Source of the DNA: a virus
Taxonomy: Duplodnaviria > Caudoviricetes
Strand: one strand, 5' to 3'
DNA: 57,176 bases
IMG/VR virus record: IMGVR_UViG_3300043446_003411
Span: 1 to 57,176 of that record
The notes beneath the pieces were generated by a model. The model was not told where the DNA came from. It worked only from the letters and a program-made list of their open reading frames with translations, and made no database searches. The position numbers and the translations under genes were made by a program. This document shows, piece after piece, positions 42,400-51,082 of this stretch (its first letter is position 1; each line of letters starts with the position of its first letter).

Positions 42400-44290
42400 G
42401 ACATTCACTCCGGAAATAGAAGACGAACTTTCCTCCCTCACTGCAGAGGCTCGAAAGAAAATTCTATTTATTGAGAACCACCCGATGATTGAGATGCACT
42501 GGTATGTCTCCGCTTTCGACAAGTCTTTCATAAAAGATTTTTCTTTCCTGAACAGTCGTCCGATCATTAATCCGTTTCAGATTCGTCGTCTTGCCGCCGA
42601 AGCGGAAAGACAGGGCTACCGAATGATCTGGTTGAGCGATCCAACCGAGGTGTTGGATTGGATCGACTCGCTTGACAACGAGCCCGACGTTCTCCTGCAG
42701 AGCGAACTTCCGGGAACAATCAGCGGCTTTCTCCCTTTTCAGATACAGGGATACAACTTTCTAAAGACGAAGCAAGCAGGGATAGCCAACTGGTCAACAG
42801 GAACGGGTAAAAGCGTTCTGGCCTGCGGTCTGGTTAAACACCATTTCGAGAACAAGAACTTTGATGTCTGTCTCTGGGTGGTAAAAACTCACAACAAGAT
42901 CAACACTCAAAGAACCATGGATCGCCTGACCGGGCTGGGCGAGCACTCAGTTGTGATTGACGGCTCTAGGAAAAAGCGCATCACTCTCTACGAGCAGGCA
43001 GAGAAGATAGACCGACCAATCATCATTCTGAACTACGAAAAGTTTCGAGATGATCCTGCAGACATATTGCGACTGATCGAAGGCAAAAGCGTATTCATTA
43101 TCTGGGATGAGATGCCGACGAAACTGAAGAACAGAGACACCAAGTTGTATCGAGCAATAGTCTCGCTGCTTTATCAGAACAAAAGCAAATTGTCTCTTGA
43201 GAAAATCAAGCCAAAGCACATCTCTCAGGTGATGCTTTCGGCAACACCAATTGAGAACTCCCCTGAGGATTTCTTCAACTGTGTTCGCCTAATGGATCCC
43301 ACCGTATTCGGAACGGTCAAGGAGTTTCATTCAAAGTATGTCGCTTCATTTAGTCGTTTCGGATGGAAACAGCCGGAGAGATGGAAGAACCTCGACCTGA
43401 TGGGCGCGAAGGCAGCGCATATGACGCATCAGGTTGACAAGAACGATAAAGACATTGCGTCTCAGTTTCCCAACGTCATTGATGAGATCGTCTATGTTGA
43501 CATGGGAGAAGGCCACAAGAGGATCTATGACCTTCTCATGGGCCAATACCAGAAAGACATGTCGCAGGATCTTGATGCGCCCAACATGCTCTCTAGAATC
43601 AATGTTGCACAGATGCTTCTCAATCACCCAAGGTCAGTTCTCATTAGCGCAGATCGCAGGGAGGATGCAATTCAATCCACCCTTGATGGGATACCAGACT
43701 TTGGGGGATCTGAGTTCGCACGTCGTCTTGTGGCGAGCGTTGGTCGAGAGGCTTTTGCCAAAACCGAATGTGAGAAACTTGATGTGCTCCAAGACATTTT
43801 GGAGTCGAATGACGGCAAGTGCATTGTGTTCACGTCCATGAATGCAACGCTCATACCGCTCATTAGTGAGGCCCTCGACAAGTGGAAGTGCGGACATGTC
43901 GTTTATCACGGTTCACTGTCAATGAAAGAAAAACAAGAAGCAGAAGACCGTTTCAAAAACGATCCAAACATTCGAGTTTTCGTATCCTCTGACGCCGGCT
44001 CTGACTCAATTAATCTAGAGATTGCGAAGACTGTTGTTCACTACGATATGCCATGGAAATGGTCAACGCTAATCCAACGACAGAATAGAGCCCACCGCAT
44101 CACATCAGAGCACGATCATGTTCGCTATTACACTCTGATGTTTTCCAACACCGTAGAAGAGCGCAAGAGAGATAAGATTCTTTTGAAGGAGAATTTTCAC
44201 GATGCCGTGCTGCGTGGATCGGTTGCAGAGATTTCTGGAGGAGCGAGACTTGGCCGCAAAGAACTTAAGTATATCTTGTTCGGCTCCTAG
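42389..44290 (+). CDS. SNF2-family helicase
   Basis: TGTGKS, WDEM, LSATPIENSPED, QRQNRAHRI. Confidence 0.88.
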   Translation: MRVETFTPEIEDELSSLTAEARKKILFIENHPMIEMHWYVSAFDKSFIKDFSFLNSRPIINPFQIRRLAAEAERQGYRMIWLSDPTEVLDWIDSLDNEPDVLLQSELPGTISGFLPFQIQGYNFLKTKQAGIANWSTGTGKSVLACGLVKHHFENKNFDVCLWVVKTHNKINTQRTMDRLTGLGEHSVVIDGSRKKRITLYEQAEKIDRPIIILNYEKFRDDPADILRLIEGKSVFIIWDEMPTKLKNRDTKLYRAIVSLLYQNKSKLSLEKIKPKHISQVMLSATPIENSPEDFFNCVRLMDPTVFGTVKEFHSKYVASFSRFGWKQPERWKNLDLMGAKAAHMTHQVDKNDKDIASQFPNVIDEIVYVDMGEGHKRIYDLLMGQYQKDMSQDLDAPNMLSRINVAQMLLNHPRSVLISADRREDAIQSTLDGIPDFGGSEFARRLVASVGREAFAKTECEKLDVLQDILESNDGKCIVFTSMNATLIPLISEALDKWKCGHVVYHGSLSMKEKQEAEDRFKNDPNIRVFVSSDAGSDSINLEIAKTVVHYDMPWKWSTLIQRQNRAHRITSEHDHVRYYTLMFSNTVEERKRDKILLKENFHDAVLRGSVAEISGGARLGRKELKYILFGS

Positions 44291-44295
44291 CGCTA

Positions 44296-44304
44296 TGCTA
44301 GGAT
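44296..44304 (+). promoter_or_regulatory. extended -10 promoter TGcTAGGAT
   Basis: 6 nt before the first base of tRNA-Ile. Confidence 0.6.
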
Positions 44305-44310
44305 TGAATC

Positions 44311-44384
44311 AGGCGGTGGGAGTACTGGTTGACTCATCCACTCTTATAAGGTGGACTTGCAGGGTTCGATTCCCTGACCGCCTA
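44311..44384 (+). tRNA. tRNA-Ile(TAT), non-canonical
   Basis: AGGCGGT/ACCGCCT acceptor, GAGT/ACTC D stem, TCCACT-CTTATAA-GGTGGA, CAGGG-TTCGATT-CCCTG. Confidence 0.75.
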
Positions 44385-44386
44385 CT

Positions 44387-44551
44387 TGGAAGGAAAATTG
44401 ACGCGAGATCGCGGGTTAGGCGTACCCCTCCTTCCATTCATTGTCGGTGCCTTTATACTAGTCAAACGAGGTTCCGGCCCCCGGTCCTGAGCATGACTTC
44501 TAAACTGCTCAACTTTTAATACTTAGTTTCGGTTAAAAGCGGCACATAAAG
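44387..44551 (+). ncRNA. two unassigned structured elements between tRNA-Ile and HNH
   Basis: TGGAAGGA/TCCTTCCA domain; H-type pseudoknot at 44483-44510; GTGCC/GGCAC closure. Confidence 0.5.
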
Positions 44552-44554
44552 AGT

Positions 44555-45025
44555 ATGAAGACATGCTCTAAGTGCAAGCAAAACTTGCCGCTAACCGAAT
44601 TTAACAAGAAGTCTAATCGCAAAGACGGGCTTCAACCTTTCTGCCGCGAATGCAATCGCGCTCGCTCCCGTCAGTACTATGCTGAGAATCGGGACAAGCA
44701 TCTTTCTGTTGTAAGCAAAAGAAAAATAGAGCAGATAGCAAAAGCAAACGCTTTTGTTGCTGACTTTCTGTCAGAGAAAAATTGTGCCGACTGCGAAGAA
44801 AAGAACATTTTGGTTTTAGAGTTTGATCATATCTTTGGTGACAAAAGAAACAATATATGCACAATGATAGGAAACGGTTATTCCGTAGACTCAATTAAAG
44901 AAGAAATAAGCAAATGCGAGGTTGTTTGCCGAAATTGCCATTCTATTCGGACTCATCGTCGCGGCAACACATTCAAGTGGCGCTACCTTCAAGAACGTGC
45001 TAGTCTCACAGAGACGGGATCGTAG
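44555..45025 (+). CDS. HNH endonuclease with N-terminal zinc finger
   Basis: CSKC...CREC; CADC...LEFDH...KCEVVCRNCH. Confidence 0.9.
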   Translation: MKTCSKCKQNLPLTEFNKKSNRKDGLQPFCRECNRARSRQYYAENRDKHLSVVSKRKIEQIAKANAFVADFLSEKNCADCEEKNILVLEFDHIFGDKRNNICTMIGNGYSVDSIKEEISKCEVVCRNCHSIRTHRRGNTFKWRYLQERASLTETGS

Positions 45026-45089
45026 CCAAGCGGTAAGGCAGCGGACTTTTAATCCGAAGATTTCGAAGGTTCGAATCCTTCCGGTCCCA
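45016..45089 (+). tRNA. tRNA-Lys(TTT)
   Basis: GGGATCG/CGGTCCC acceptor; CGGA-CTTTTAA-TCCG. Confidence 0.9.
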
Positions 45090-45092
45090 TAT

Positions 45093-45114
45093 GGTTCGAA
45101 TCCTTGTGGACCCA
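45093..45114 (+). pseudogene. orphan tRNA 3' fragment
   Basis: GGTTCGAATCCTTGTGGACCCA: T loop plus acceptor 3' strand only. Confidence 0.65.
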
Positions 45115-45132
45115 TCAAAATACGGAGCCAAC

Positions 45133-45342
45133 ATGAATTTTCTTTACTTTCTAGCGGACAACTTATTCCGCTTCAAATATCGAGATCCTTATTCTACTCA
45201 TGAGAATCGAACCTTTTGGGCTCTAGATGTTTTTGAAGAAGAGAACGAGAAGATGCGTCGTGACTTCTTTATCATGGGTTTGGTTTTCGGGGCTGTGATT
45301 TCCATTCTTCTTGTCGGAGCACTATGGCTAATCGCCCGCTAG
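45133..45342 (+). CDS. small membrane protein
   Basis: GGAG SD; C-terminal TM helix. Confidence 0.65.
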   Translation: MNFLYFLADNLFRFKYRDPYSTHENRTFWALDVFEEENEKMRRDFFIMGLVFGAVISILLVGALWLIAR

Positions 45343-45452
45343 GAACTGAACCCTCCTTTCAAAGAGAGTTTCAGATTAATGTCGAACCCCCTCGCGAGGA
45401 AGTCTCTTTCCGCGAAAAAATAAAAGCCATCTTACGCAAGAAGAACAAATGA
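45324..45452 (+). CDS. small hypothetical protein (MANRPLGTEPSFQREF...)
   Basis: 42 aa; GGAG SD; ATGA overlap with the next ORF. Confidence 0.5.
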   Translation: MANRPLGTEPSFQREFQINVEPPREEVSFREKIKAILRKKNK

Positions 45453-45649
45453 CAGAAGAAGAAAAAGTCAGGCTTCTTTTTCACTGCATCCTTGAGATCG
45501 CCAAATCCTGCAAGATGCGTGGTTGTCCGCAGATCAATCCGGAGACCCCGTGCTGGTGCATGCAAGATGCTCAGACGATCTATGATGCGATGACGCTACG
45601 CGGCCTTGACCTCGTATACCTTAGGTCAGATAATGACCCTCAGACTTAA
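45449..45649 (+). CDS. small Cys-rich protein
   Basis: C..GC....PCWC. Confidence 0.6.
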   Translation: MTEEEKVRLLFHCILEIAKSCKMRGCPQINPETPCWCMQDAQTIYDAMTLRGLDLVYLRSDNDPQT

Positions 45650-46202
45650 GCGTATAATCGTACATCGCAATAGCGGATGCGCTTCCGACATTGATTGATC
45701 GCGTTGATCCAACCTGAGGGATGTAGACAATGTCGTCTGCCTGCGCGAGACTATTATTTGAGAGCCCGATCTGTTCTTGCCCAAGAACAATGATTGACTT
45801 GTCCCACCACCTATAGCCAGTTATCGGCTGGGCCTCTTCCACATTATCAATCGCGACAATACGGTGTCTCTCGTAATTTGAGAAAACCTCGTCAATGTTT
45901 TCCGCGTGGTGGATGTGTTCGTATTTGTGCGTCCCACAGGTGCCCCTGCGGTCGAATCTCTTTCGACCAACGATCCAGACGCATTTACAAAGGAACGCGT
46001 TGGAGTTCCTGACAACCGTCGCGATATTGAAATCGTAGGCGAAGTTCTCACAGACCACAACAAGTTCAGACCTCTTCTTGTCGAGGTCTGCCACGATTGC
46101 TTCGTGCTCCCAGTACTTGTAATGGTCGATGACGTTCCGCCTATCATGAGGCGAAATCTGTTCCAGTCCATCAGGGAAGTTCGGATTCAGTATCTTGGTC
46201 AC
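45621..46202 (-). CDS. SpoU/TrmH-family RNA 2'-O-methyltransferase
   Basis: N.....NIA..VR, LGQEQIGLS, IPQVGSTRSINVGSA (SPOUT motifs 1-3); GGAGG SD. Confidence 0.9.
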   Translation of the reverse strand: MTKILNPNFPDGLEQISPHDRRNVIDHYKYWEHEAIVADLDKKRSELVVVCENFAYDFNIATVVRNSNAFLCKCVWIVGRKRFDRRGTCGTHKYEHIHHAENIDEVFSNYERHRIVAIDNVEEAQPITGYRWWDKSIIVLGQEQIGLSNNSLAQADDIVYIPQVGSTRSINVGSASAIAMYDYTLKSEGHYLT

Positions 46203-46308
46203 TCTTTTCCTCCAACTGCTTTTGCAGCGTATCAACGACCTCTTGCAATTGCAAAATCTGCAATTGAAGTTGTCCTAGGACGAGAGCGACCCTGTCGTTT
46301 AAACTCAT
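46171..46308 (-). CDS. small coiled-coil protein (MSLNDRVALVLGQLQLQILQLQE...)
   Basis: 45 aa; leaderless start after TGCTATAAT. Confidence 0.6.
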   Translation of the reverse strand: MSLNDRVALVLGQLQLQILQLQEVVDTLQKQLEEKSDQDTESELP

Positions 46309-46314
46309 GGTTTA

Positions 46315-46323
46315 ATTATAGCA
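46315..46323 (-). promoter_or_regulatory. extended -10 promoter TGcTATAAT, leaderless
   Basis: 6 nt before ATG at 46308. Confidence 0.7.
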
Positions 46324-46357
46324 AAGAAAAAGGGCGACAGACCGAAGTCTGCCGCCC
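46323..46357 (-). terminator. intrinsic terminator with UUCG tetraloop
   Basis: GGGCGGCAGAC-TTCG-GTCTGTCGCCC-TTTTTCTT. Confidence 0.9.
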
Positions 46358-46370
46358 CAGTTCTTTAGGA

Positions 46371-46700
<330 letters not shown>

Positions 46701-46728
46701 TCACTACTTATCCCGCTGGAGATGGAGA

Positions 46729-47403
46729 TTAGTGAGTGTGTGGGGTTTTGCTTGTTGCCGCGAAATCTTTGTTGATTGTTTCTTTATACTCTTGTGCAAT
46801 CGACTCAATGATCTCATACACTCGCTCCGATTCTTGCTCAATAAAGGTCTTCTCTTCTACGTCTTTTCTTGCCGGAGGATTTGCAACGAGTTCATCAATA
46901 CCCTCTTGATCGATATTTGTGGGGTTGGCAAAAACGACAGGCCAAATCATTGAGCGCATGTCTTTGCTCATCGGCGGAACCACTCCACCGCTCACAAGAT
47001 GAATTGAGCCACTTTCAAAATCAATTCCGAAATATCTTCCCAAATCTATATCTTCATTCTTGAACGGCGCATCCGAAAGGTGAGCAGCAAGGTTGTGTGC
47101 ATTGAGGGGCGTAGAGTCGCTCAAGAATCCGGTACCCATCTCTTCACTGTCAAGAATGGGCGGACGAACAAAACCGTAGTCTTCCCAAAGAGGGGGATCT
47201 GTCGGTCTCAACTCCCCTAGTTCGTTGTGATTGAAATAGATCTCATTTGTCTTATGAACTATGTCGGATGGCGAGAGAGACTCTAAGTCCCAGTCGATTG
47301 CCTCAAGAACCCGTCGTGCAAGAAACTCCGCATCCTCAGGAGAAAGACCATGGAAAGGGACGGTCCAGCCCATCAATAGAATAATTTTTTCGTTCTTTGT
47401 CAT
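46729..47403 (-). CDS. hypothetical protein
   Basis: Packed ORF. Confidence 0.7.
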   Translation of the reverse strand: MTKNEKIILLMGWTVPFHGLSPEDAEFLARRVLEAIDWDLESLSPSDIVHKTNEIYFNHNELGELRPTDPPLWEDYGFVRPPILDSEEMGTGFLSDSTPLNAHNLAAHLSDAPFKNEDIDLGRYFGIDFESGSIHLVSGGVVPPMSKDMRSMIWPVVFANPTNIDQEGIDELVANPPARKDVEEKTFIEQESERVYEIIESIAQEYKETINKDFAATSKTPHTH

Positions 47404-48113
47404 CTGTAGTCCTTTATGGTTCTATAGTCTTTTTTGTACCTATGACCGAATCGCCGTTTGGATTTTTGCCATTGTTTTGGATCAACTGTGCTTTTCTTTT
47501 TCACTTTGTGTTCCCAATCATCTCTTTTGAATGGAACAACCTGAATGATTGGTGTGCCCATTTCAATGCTTCCCCGGAAGCCCTGACGCAAAACAAAAGG
47601 AAAATTAATTGGCTGATTGCAATATCTATCGGTGTCGACCACACCGGAAAAACATCTAAATGGCAAATCTTCATGCCACATTGGTGCTGTAAAAAGACAC
47701 GAGTAACCGGGAGGTGTTTTAATCGCCCAAGGATTATGAAATTTCCACGCAACGGGCTCCCAAGCATCGGTGTTCAGCGGCAACTGATCAATCTGTTGAA
47801 GACTGTGTGTAGAGACTTGTTTGAATATATCGGATGGCCATCTTATTGATGCGCCACCTTCAGGGTTGTCGACCACCTCAATGTCTTGAGGTAGTGTTAT
47901 TATGTATCCTGATGTCATCGCATCAAGCGCAGGCATACATTGCTTGATGGTGTGATTGTAATCACCAGTGTCGGTTACTTCTTTTGTCCCGCTCACAAAA
48001 CCGCTCTGCATCTTGTACCAGTTGGGGAGAAGCGTTTTAGCCGGCACGGGCGGATCAAAAACCCCTTCAATGCTTTTTTCAGAAGGGATGAATTGAATTA
48101 GTTTTCTTTTCAT
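47400..48113 (-). CDS. DUF6065-like protein
   Basis: LPNWYK..TIKQCMP..D....GY...TPPGYS..GVVDTD..GTPI.Q..PFKR. Confidence 0.7.
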   Translation of the reverse strand: MKRKLIQFIPSEKSIEGVFDPPVPAKTLLPNWYKMQSGFVSGTKEVTDTGDYNHTIKQCMPALDAMTSGYIITLPQDIEVVDNPEGGASIRWPSDIFKQVSTHSLQQIDQLPLNTDAWEPVAWKFHNPWAIKTPPGYSCLFTAPMWHEDLPFRCFSGVVDTDRYCNQPINFPFVLRQGFRGSIEMGTPIIQVVPFKRDDWEHKVKKKSTVDPKQWQKSKRRFGHRYKKDYRTIKDYR

Positions 48114-48120
48114 TTTCCTT

Positions 48121-48129
48121 ATTCTAGCA
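48121..48129 (-). promoter_or_regulatory. extended -10 promoter TGcTAGAAT
   Basis: 7 nt before ATG at 48113. Confidence 0.6.
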
Positions 48130-48132
48130 TAT

Positions 48133-48819
48133 CTAGCATTTGATGATATGCCAAAGATCCATGTAAAGAGGTGTCCATGAGCCTTGCGAATCGCTACCAA
48201 AATTGGCGGTATTTGTTGTCGGGTTGTTGTGGCTATGATTGGCTGCATTCATGTTTGAGGTCACATTATGAGCGCCGCCATAATGAGCAGAGTAGTTACG
48301 ATTTCCCGGATGCCCGTGACCCGGAGCAGAGACTCTGGTGTTTCCGGCGTTCCAAGATGTGCCGCCACCAGTTGAGTTTTGACCATAGTTTCCATTGTGA
48401 TTGAAACCATGACCATCGGTTGAACAATTGATAGCATTGGTATCATGGTATCCGTTGCCACCTATGGAGACACTTGGGGATATGGAGTTTGAATGAGAGT
48501 GTGCGGCACTATATGTGTTTGACGCATTGCCTCTGCTTAAGTTGCCAGAGACCCCTTGTATAAATCTTGAAGAGCCTCCCGGCAAATTGAATGTTGTTGA
48601 TCCGTCTCCAGAGCCATACGTTGTTGAGATTGCGGCAAACAGCGCAGCATAAATAGACCTGCTTACCGCAGACCCATCGCAAAACAACCAGCCCTCGGGG
48701 GCGGTTCTTGTTGTTTGTGTCCCATAGGTTGCGGCACCACCAGCCCACGGCACAATAAGTCCGGGAGGAATCGCAATCTGCGGTCCAGTCTGTAGATTTC
48801 TGACGGATAGAACACTCAT
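48133..48819 (-). CDS. tail fibre protein with tail-collar domain
   Basis: PEGWLFCDGS.VSR..YAALF..I...YG.GDGSTTFNLP; HxH motifs. Confidence 0.88.
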   Translation of the reverse strand: MSVLSVRNLQTGPQIAIPPGLIVPWAGGAATYGTQTTRTAPEGWLFCDGSAVSRSIYAALFAAISTTYGSGDGSTTFNLPGGSSRFIQGVSGNLSRGNASNTYSAAHSHSNSISPSVSIGGNGYHDTNAINCSTDGHGFNHNGNYGQNSTGGGTSWNAGNTRVSAPGHGHPGNRNYSAHYGGAHNVTSNMNAANHSHNNPTTNTANFGSDSQGSWTPLYMDLWHIIKC

Positions 48820-49541
48820 GTCTTAATGATCATTCCCGCAATAAACGTGTCTAAAGACTGATTGTTTGTGAACGTGACATTTCCTGACGCACTCGTTGCT
48901 GTCAAACTATGGTAGGCATTAGCGTGATCACCGGAATACGTTGCGTTTGTGCCATTGTGATTGTGAGTGTGATAATGGTCACCGGCATCAATATAGCCAA
49001 CAATTGTGTGTGTGTGACTATCAATGCTACCGCCAGCACGCGTCCCGTTTCCAGCGGCAAAGTTGGAGGTGGATCCACTGGTATTGTTTGCAAGGTTGTA
49101 GTGATTATGATATGAGCCAGCGTTTCCTCCGTTGGTATTAATACCATTGATGTTGTGGCCGTGATATCCTAGGTTGTTGACATTTGCGGTGTTCGCTGCA
49201 AAACCAAACGTCACTGAATAACTTGCGTTGTGTGAATGACTGTTTGCTCCACCCTGAGCAATCGTTGAGGACAGCGTATTAGAGGCGGACCCCCAAAGAT
49301 GTTTTCCAGTAACGGAAACATCTGGCAGACGAAATGTGCCAACTGCCTCTCCCCCGGTGTTATACTTGGAGCCGACCACAGCGTATAGCGCAGGAAAGTC
49401 GCTCTGATTCTTCACGGTACCGTCGCAGAAAAGCCAGCCGACAGGGGCAGTAGTTCCTCCGCCCCAGTGCATAATTGCCCCGGGTGGGAAAAATCTTAGG
49501 GCCGCAATAGGCCCACCTTTTGTCAAAGAGTGAACGCTCAC
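48816..49541 (-). CDS. tail fibre protein with tail-collar domain
   Basis: PVGWLFCDG...FPALY...TFRLPD; HxH motifs. Confidence 0.88.
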   Translation of the reverse strand: MSVHSLTKGGPIAALRFFPPGAIMHWGGGTTAPVGWLFCDGTVKNQSDFPALYAVVGSKYNTGGEAVGTFRLPDVSVTGKHLWGSASNTLSSTIAQGGANSHSHNASYSVTFGFAANTANVNNLGYHGHNINGINTNGGNAGSYHNHYNLANNTSGSTSNFAAGNGTRAGGSIDSHTHTIVGYIDAGDHYHTHNHNGTNATYSGDHANAYHSLTATSASGNVTFTNNQSLDTFIAGMIIKT

Positions 49542-50269
49542 ACCACACCCGTAAATAGAATATAATTGAGTTCGATATAGGGTGGCCTGTGATCGACAGC
49601 GGCAGGCGCTGTGTTTGTGTTGGTTACACTGATGCCGTGATTATGTGATCCATCGCTGGTTGTGTTTGAGGTGTTGACTCCGTGACCGTGACCACCGTGA
49701 CCACCACCGTCATAGTTATAAGCACCATTATGGCCGTGACCATAAAAGGACATTCCTTTTGCAGACCCAGAGCCGCCAAGTGGCTGTGAGCCACCACCGT
49801 TTGCATCAATGTTTGCTCCTGACACAACATTGTTGAGACCCGGAGCATCCGTACCAGTGTTCACACTGCTGTGGTTGTGAGCCCCACCAGTCGCATCATT
49901 TGCTGTCACATTGGTTGTGAACGTATGATTGTGCGTATTTGTTGCGTTACCGCCAGTTGCTCCAACGTTTGATGTTGCGCCCGACGGAGGAGTAGTTGTT
50001 GATGGACAGCGAATGAGACGTGTTCTCAGATCCGGAACACGAAAGTGCGTACTGCCCGCAGCGCCAGAACCATTTGTGTTTGCTCCAAAGGGAAACGTTG
50101 CGCCGTTGTTTGTTATGGTTTCATAAAGTTCTGGGTAGGTGGCAATTGCTAACTCTTGGCCATTGCACAATACCCAGTTCGTGGGCGCAGTTGAATCAGA
50201 CCAAGCGAGAATGGTCCCGGTTGGGATGGTGTCTGATCTTGTAACTCCTGATATTGTGGTAATGCTCAT
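49538..50269 (-). CDS. tail fibre protein with tail-collar domain
   Basis: PTNWVLCNG...YPELY...FRVPDLR...PPYIELNYI. Confidence 0.88.
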   Translation of the reverse strand: MSITTISGVTRSDTIPTGTILAWSDSTAPTNWVLCNGQELAIATYPELYETITNNGATFPFGANTNGSGAAGSTHFRVPDLRTRLIRCPSTTTPPSGATSNVGATGGNATNTHNHTFTTNVTANDATGGAHNHSSVNTGTDAPGLNNVVSGANIDANGGGSQPLGGSGSAKGMSFYGHGHNGAYNYDGGGHGGHGHGVNTSNTTSDGSHNHGISVTNTNTAPAAVDHRPPYIELNYILFTGVV

Positions 50270-50271
50270 AA

Positions 50272-50682
50272 TTAGACGTAGCAGAGAACGCCAAAGAAAC
50301 AAAAAGACAGATTGCTTGTTGATGAGTAGACAGTCACAATGTCTGTGGGTTGAATGGTCACTCCCATAGGGCAGATGTCTGTTTTGTTTCCTGCTATCTT
50401 TTCATCGTAGTGGATGTAGTGTTTTGCTGCTAGCGCAGCGCCGCCATCTCTGATGGCTATTCGGTATGTCGCAGATGTTGTTGCTTGATTGCAAACCGTT
50501 ATCCCTGAGAAAATGACTTGTCTTCCTGATGGCGCTGTGTAAACGTCTGTGTTTGTTGCCGCTGTCGGTATCGATTGAACGATTGGTCGATGATAAAAAA
50601 CGACAGAAGAAGACGCATCCTGAATTTCAGGATATAGGGAGGAGGAAGGGTAGGTCGACGTTGAGGGATAGAGGATTGCCAT
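50272..50682 (-). CDS. virion structural protein, paralogue of 54386..54715
   Basis: TNTDVYTAPS...ITVCNQ...YRIAIR. Confidence 0.7.
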   Translation of the reverse strand: MAILYPSTSTYPSSSLYPEIQDASSSVVFYHRPIVQSIPTAATNTDVYTAPSGRQVIFSGITVCNQATTSATYRIAIRDGGAALAAKHYIHYDEKIAGNKTDICPMGVTIQPTDIVTVYSSTSNLSFCFFGVLCYV

Positions 50683-51081
50683 TTACTTTTTTGAGGGCGG
50701 CACGGGCAACTCGAATCCGATAAGGACATCCATCTCGTTGAACGAGAGATCAAAGCCCGCCTCGGTGATATCGCGAAGTTGTTGACGATAGGCGTCCCAT
50801 TCGGCGCACCAGTCTTCGCCTCGCACCTGTCGGATGTCGTAGCCTTGCGTCCAATCGGATTCTCTTAAAAGCCAATCTCTTATTTGACGCAAGTTCTCCA
50901 TAGGCTCATCTTGCTTAAGTTCCTCAATGGCTGCCTCAACTTCTTCTCTTGTCGGCTGTTCGACATCGTCGCTATGCCATTCTATTTTGTCGTAGTCATC
51001 ATCTCTAACTGCGAACTGCGCCTGTGGGCGCAACTTCAAAAGAGCCTCAGTGACCCCAATATTTTTTCTCATTCCAATCAT
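50683..51081 (-). CDS. tail fibre assembly chaperone
   Basis: LR..RDWLL.ESDWTQ...W..YRQ.LRDIT. Confidence 0.8.
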   Translation of the reverse strand: MIGMRKNIGVTEALLKLRPQAQFAVRDDDYDKIEWHSDDVEQPTREEVEAAIEELKQDEPMENLRQIRDWLLRESDWTQGYDIRQVRGEDWCAEWDAYRQQLRDITEAGFDLSFNEMDVLIGFELPVPPSKK

Positions 51082-51082
51082 T

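Noticed and set aside
44335-44356. Reading the tRNA as a TTA ochre suppressor, or stop-codon recoding
   Set aside because: Symmetric folding centres TAT; long conserved genes are uninterrupted in the standard code and end in TAA, TAG or TGA
45093-45114. attP or prophage boundary
   Set aside because: No integrase in the window, and phage genes continue on both sides
45350-45375. Fourth anti-SD word CCCTCCTTTC in a weak hairpin
   Set aside because: Lies inside a plausible SD-led ORF (45324..45452), so probably coincidental
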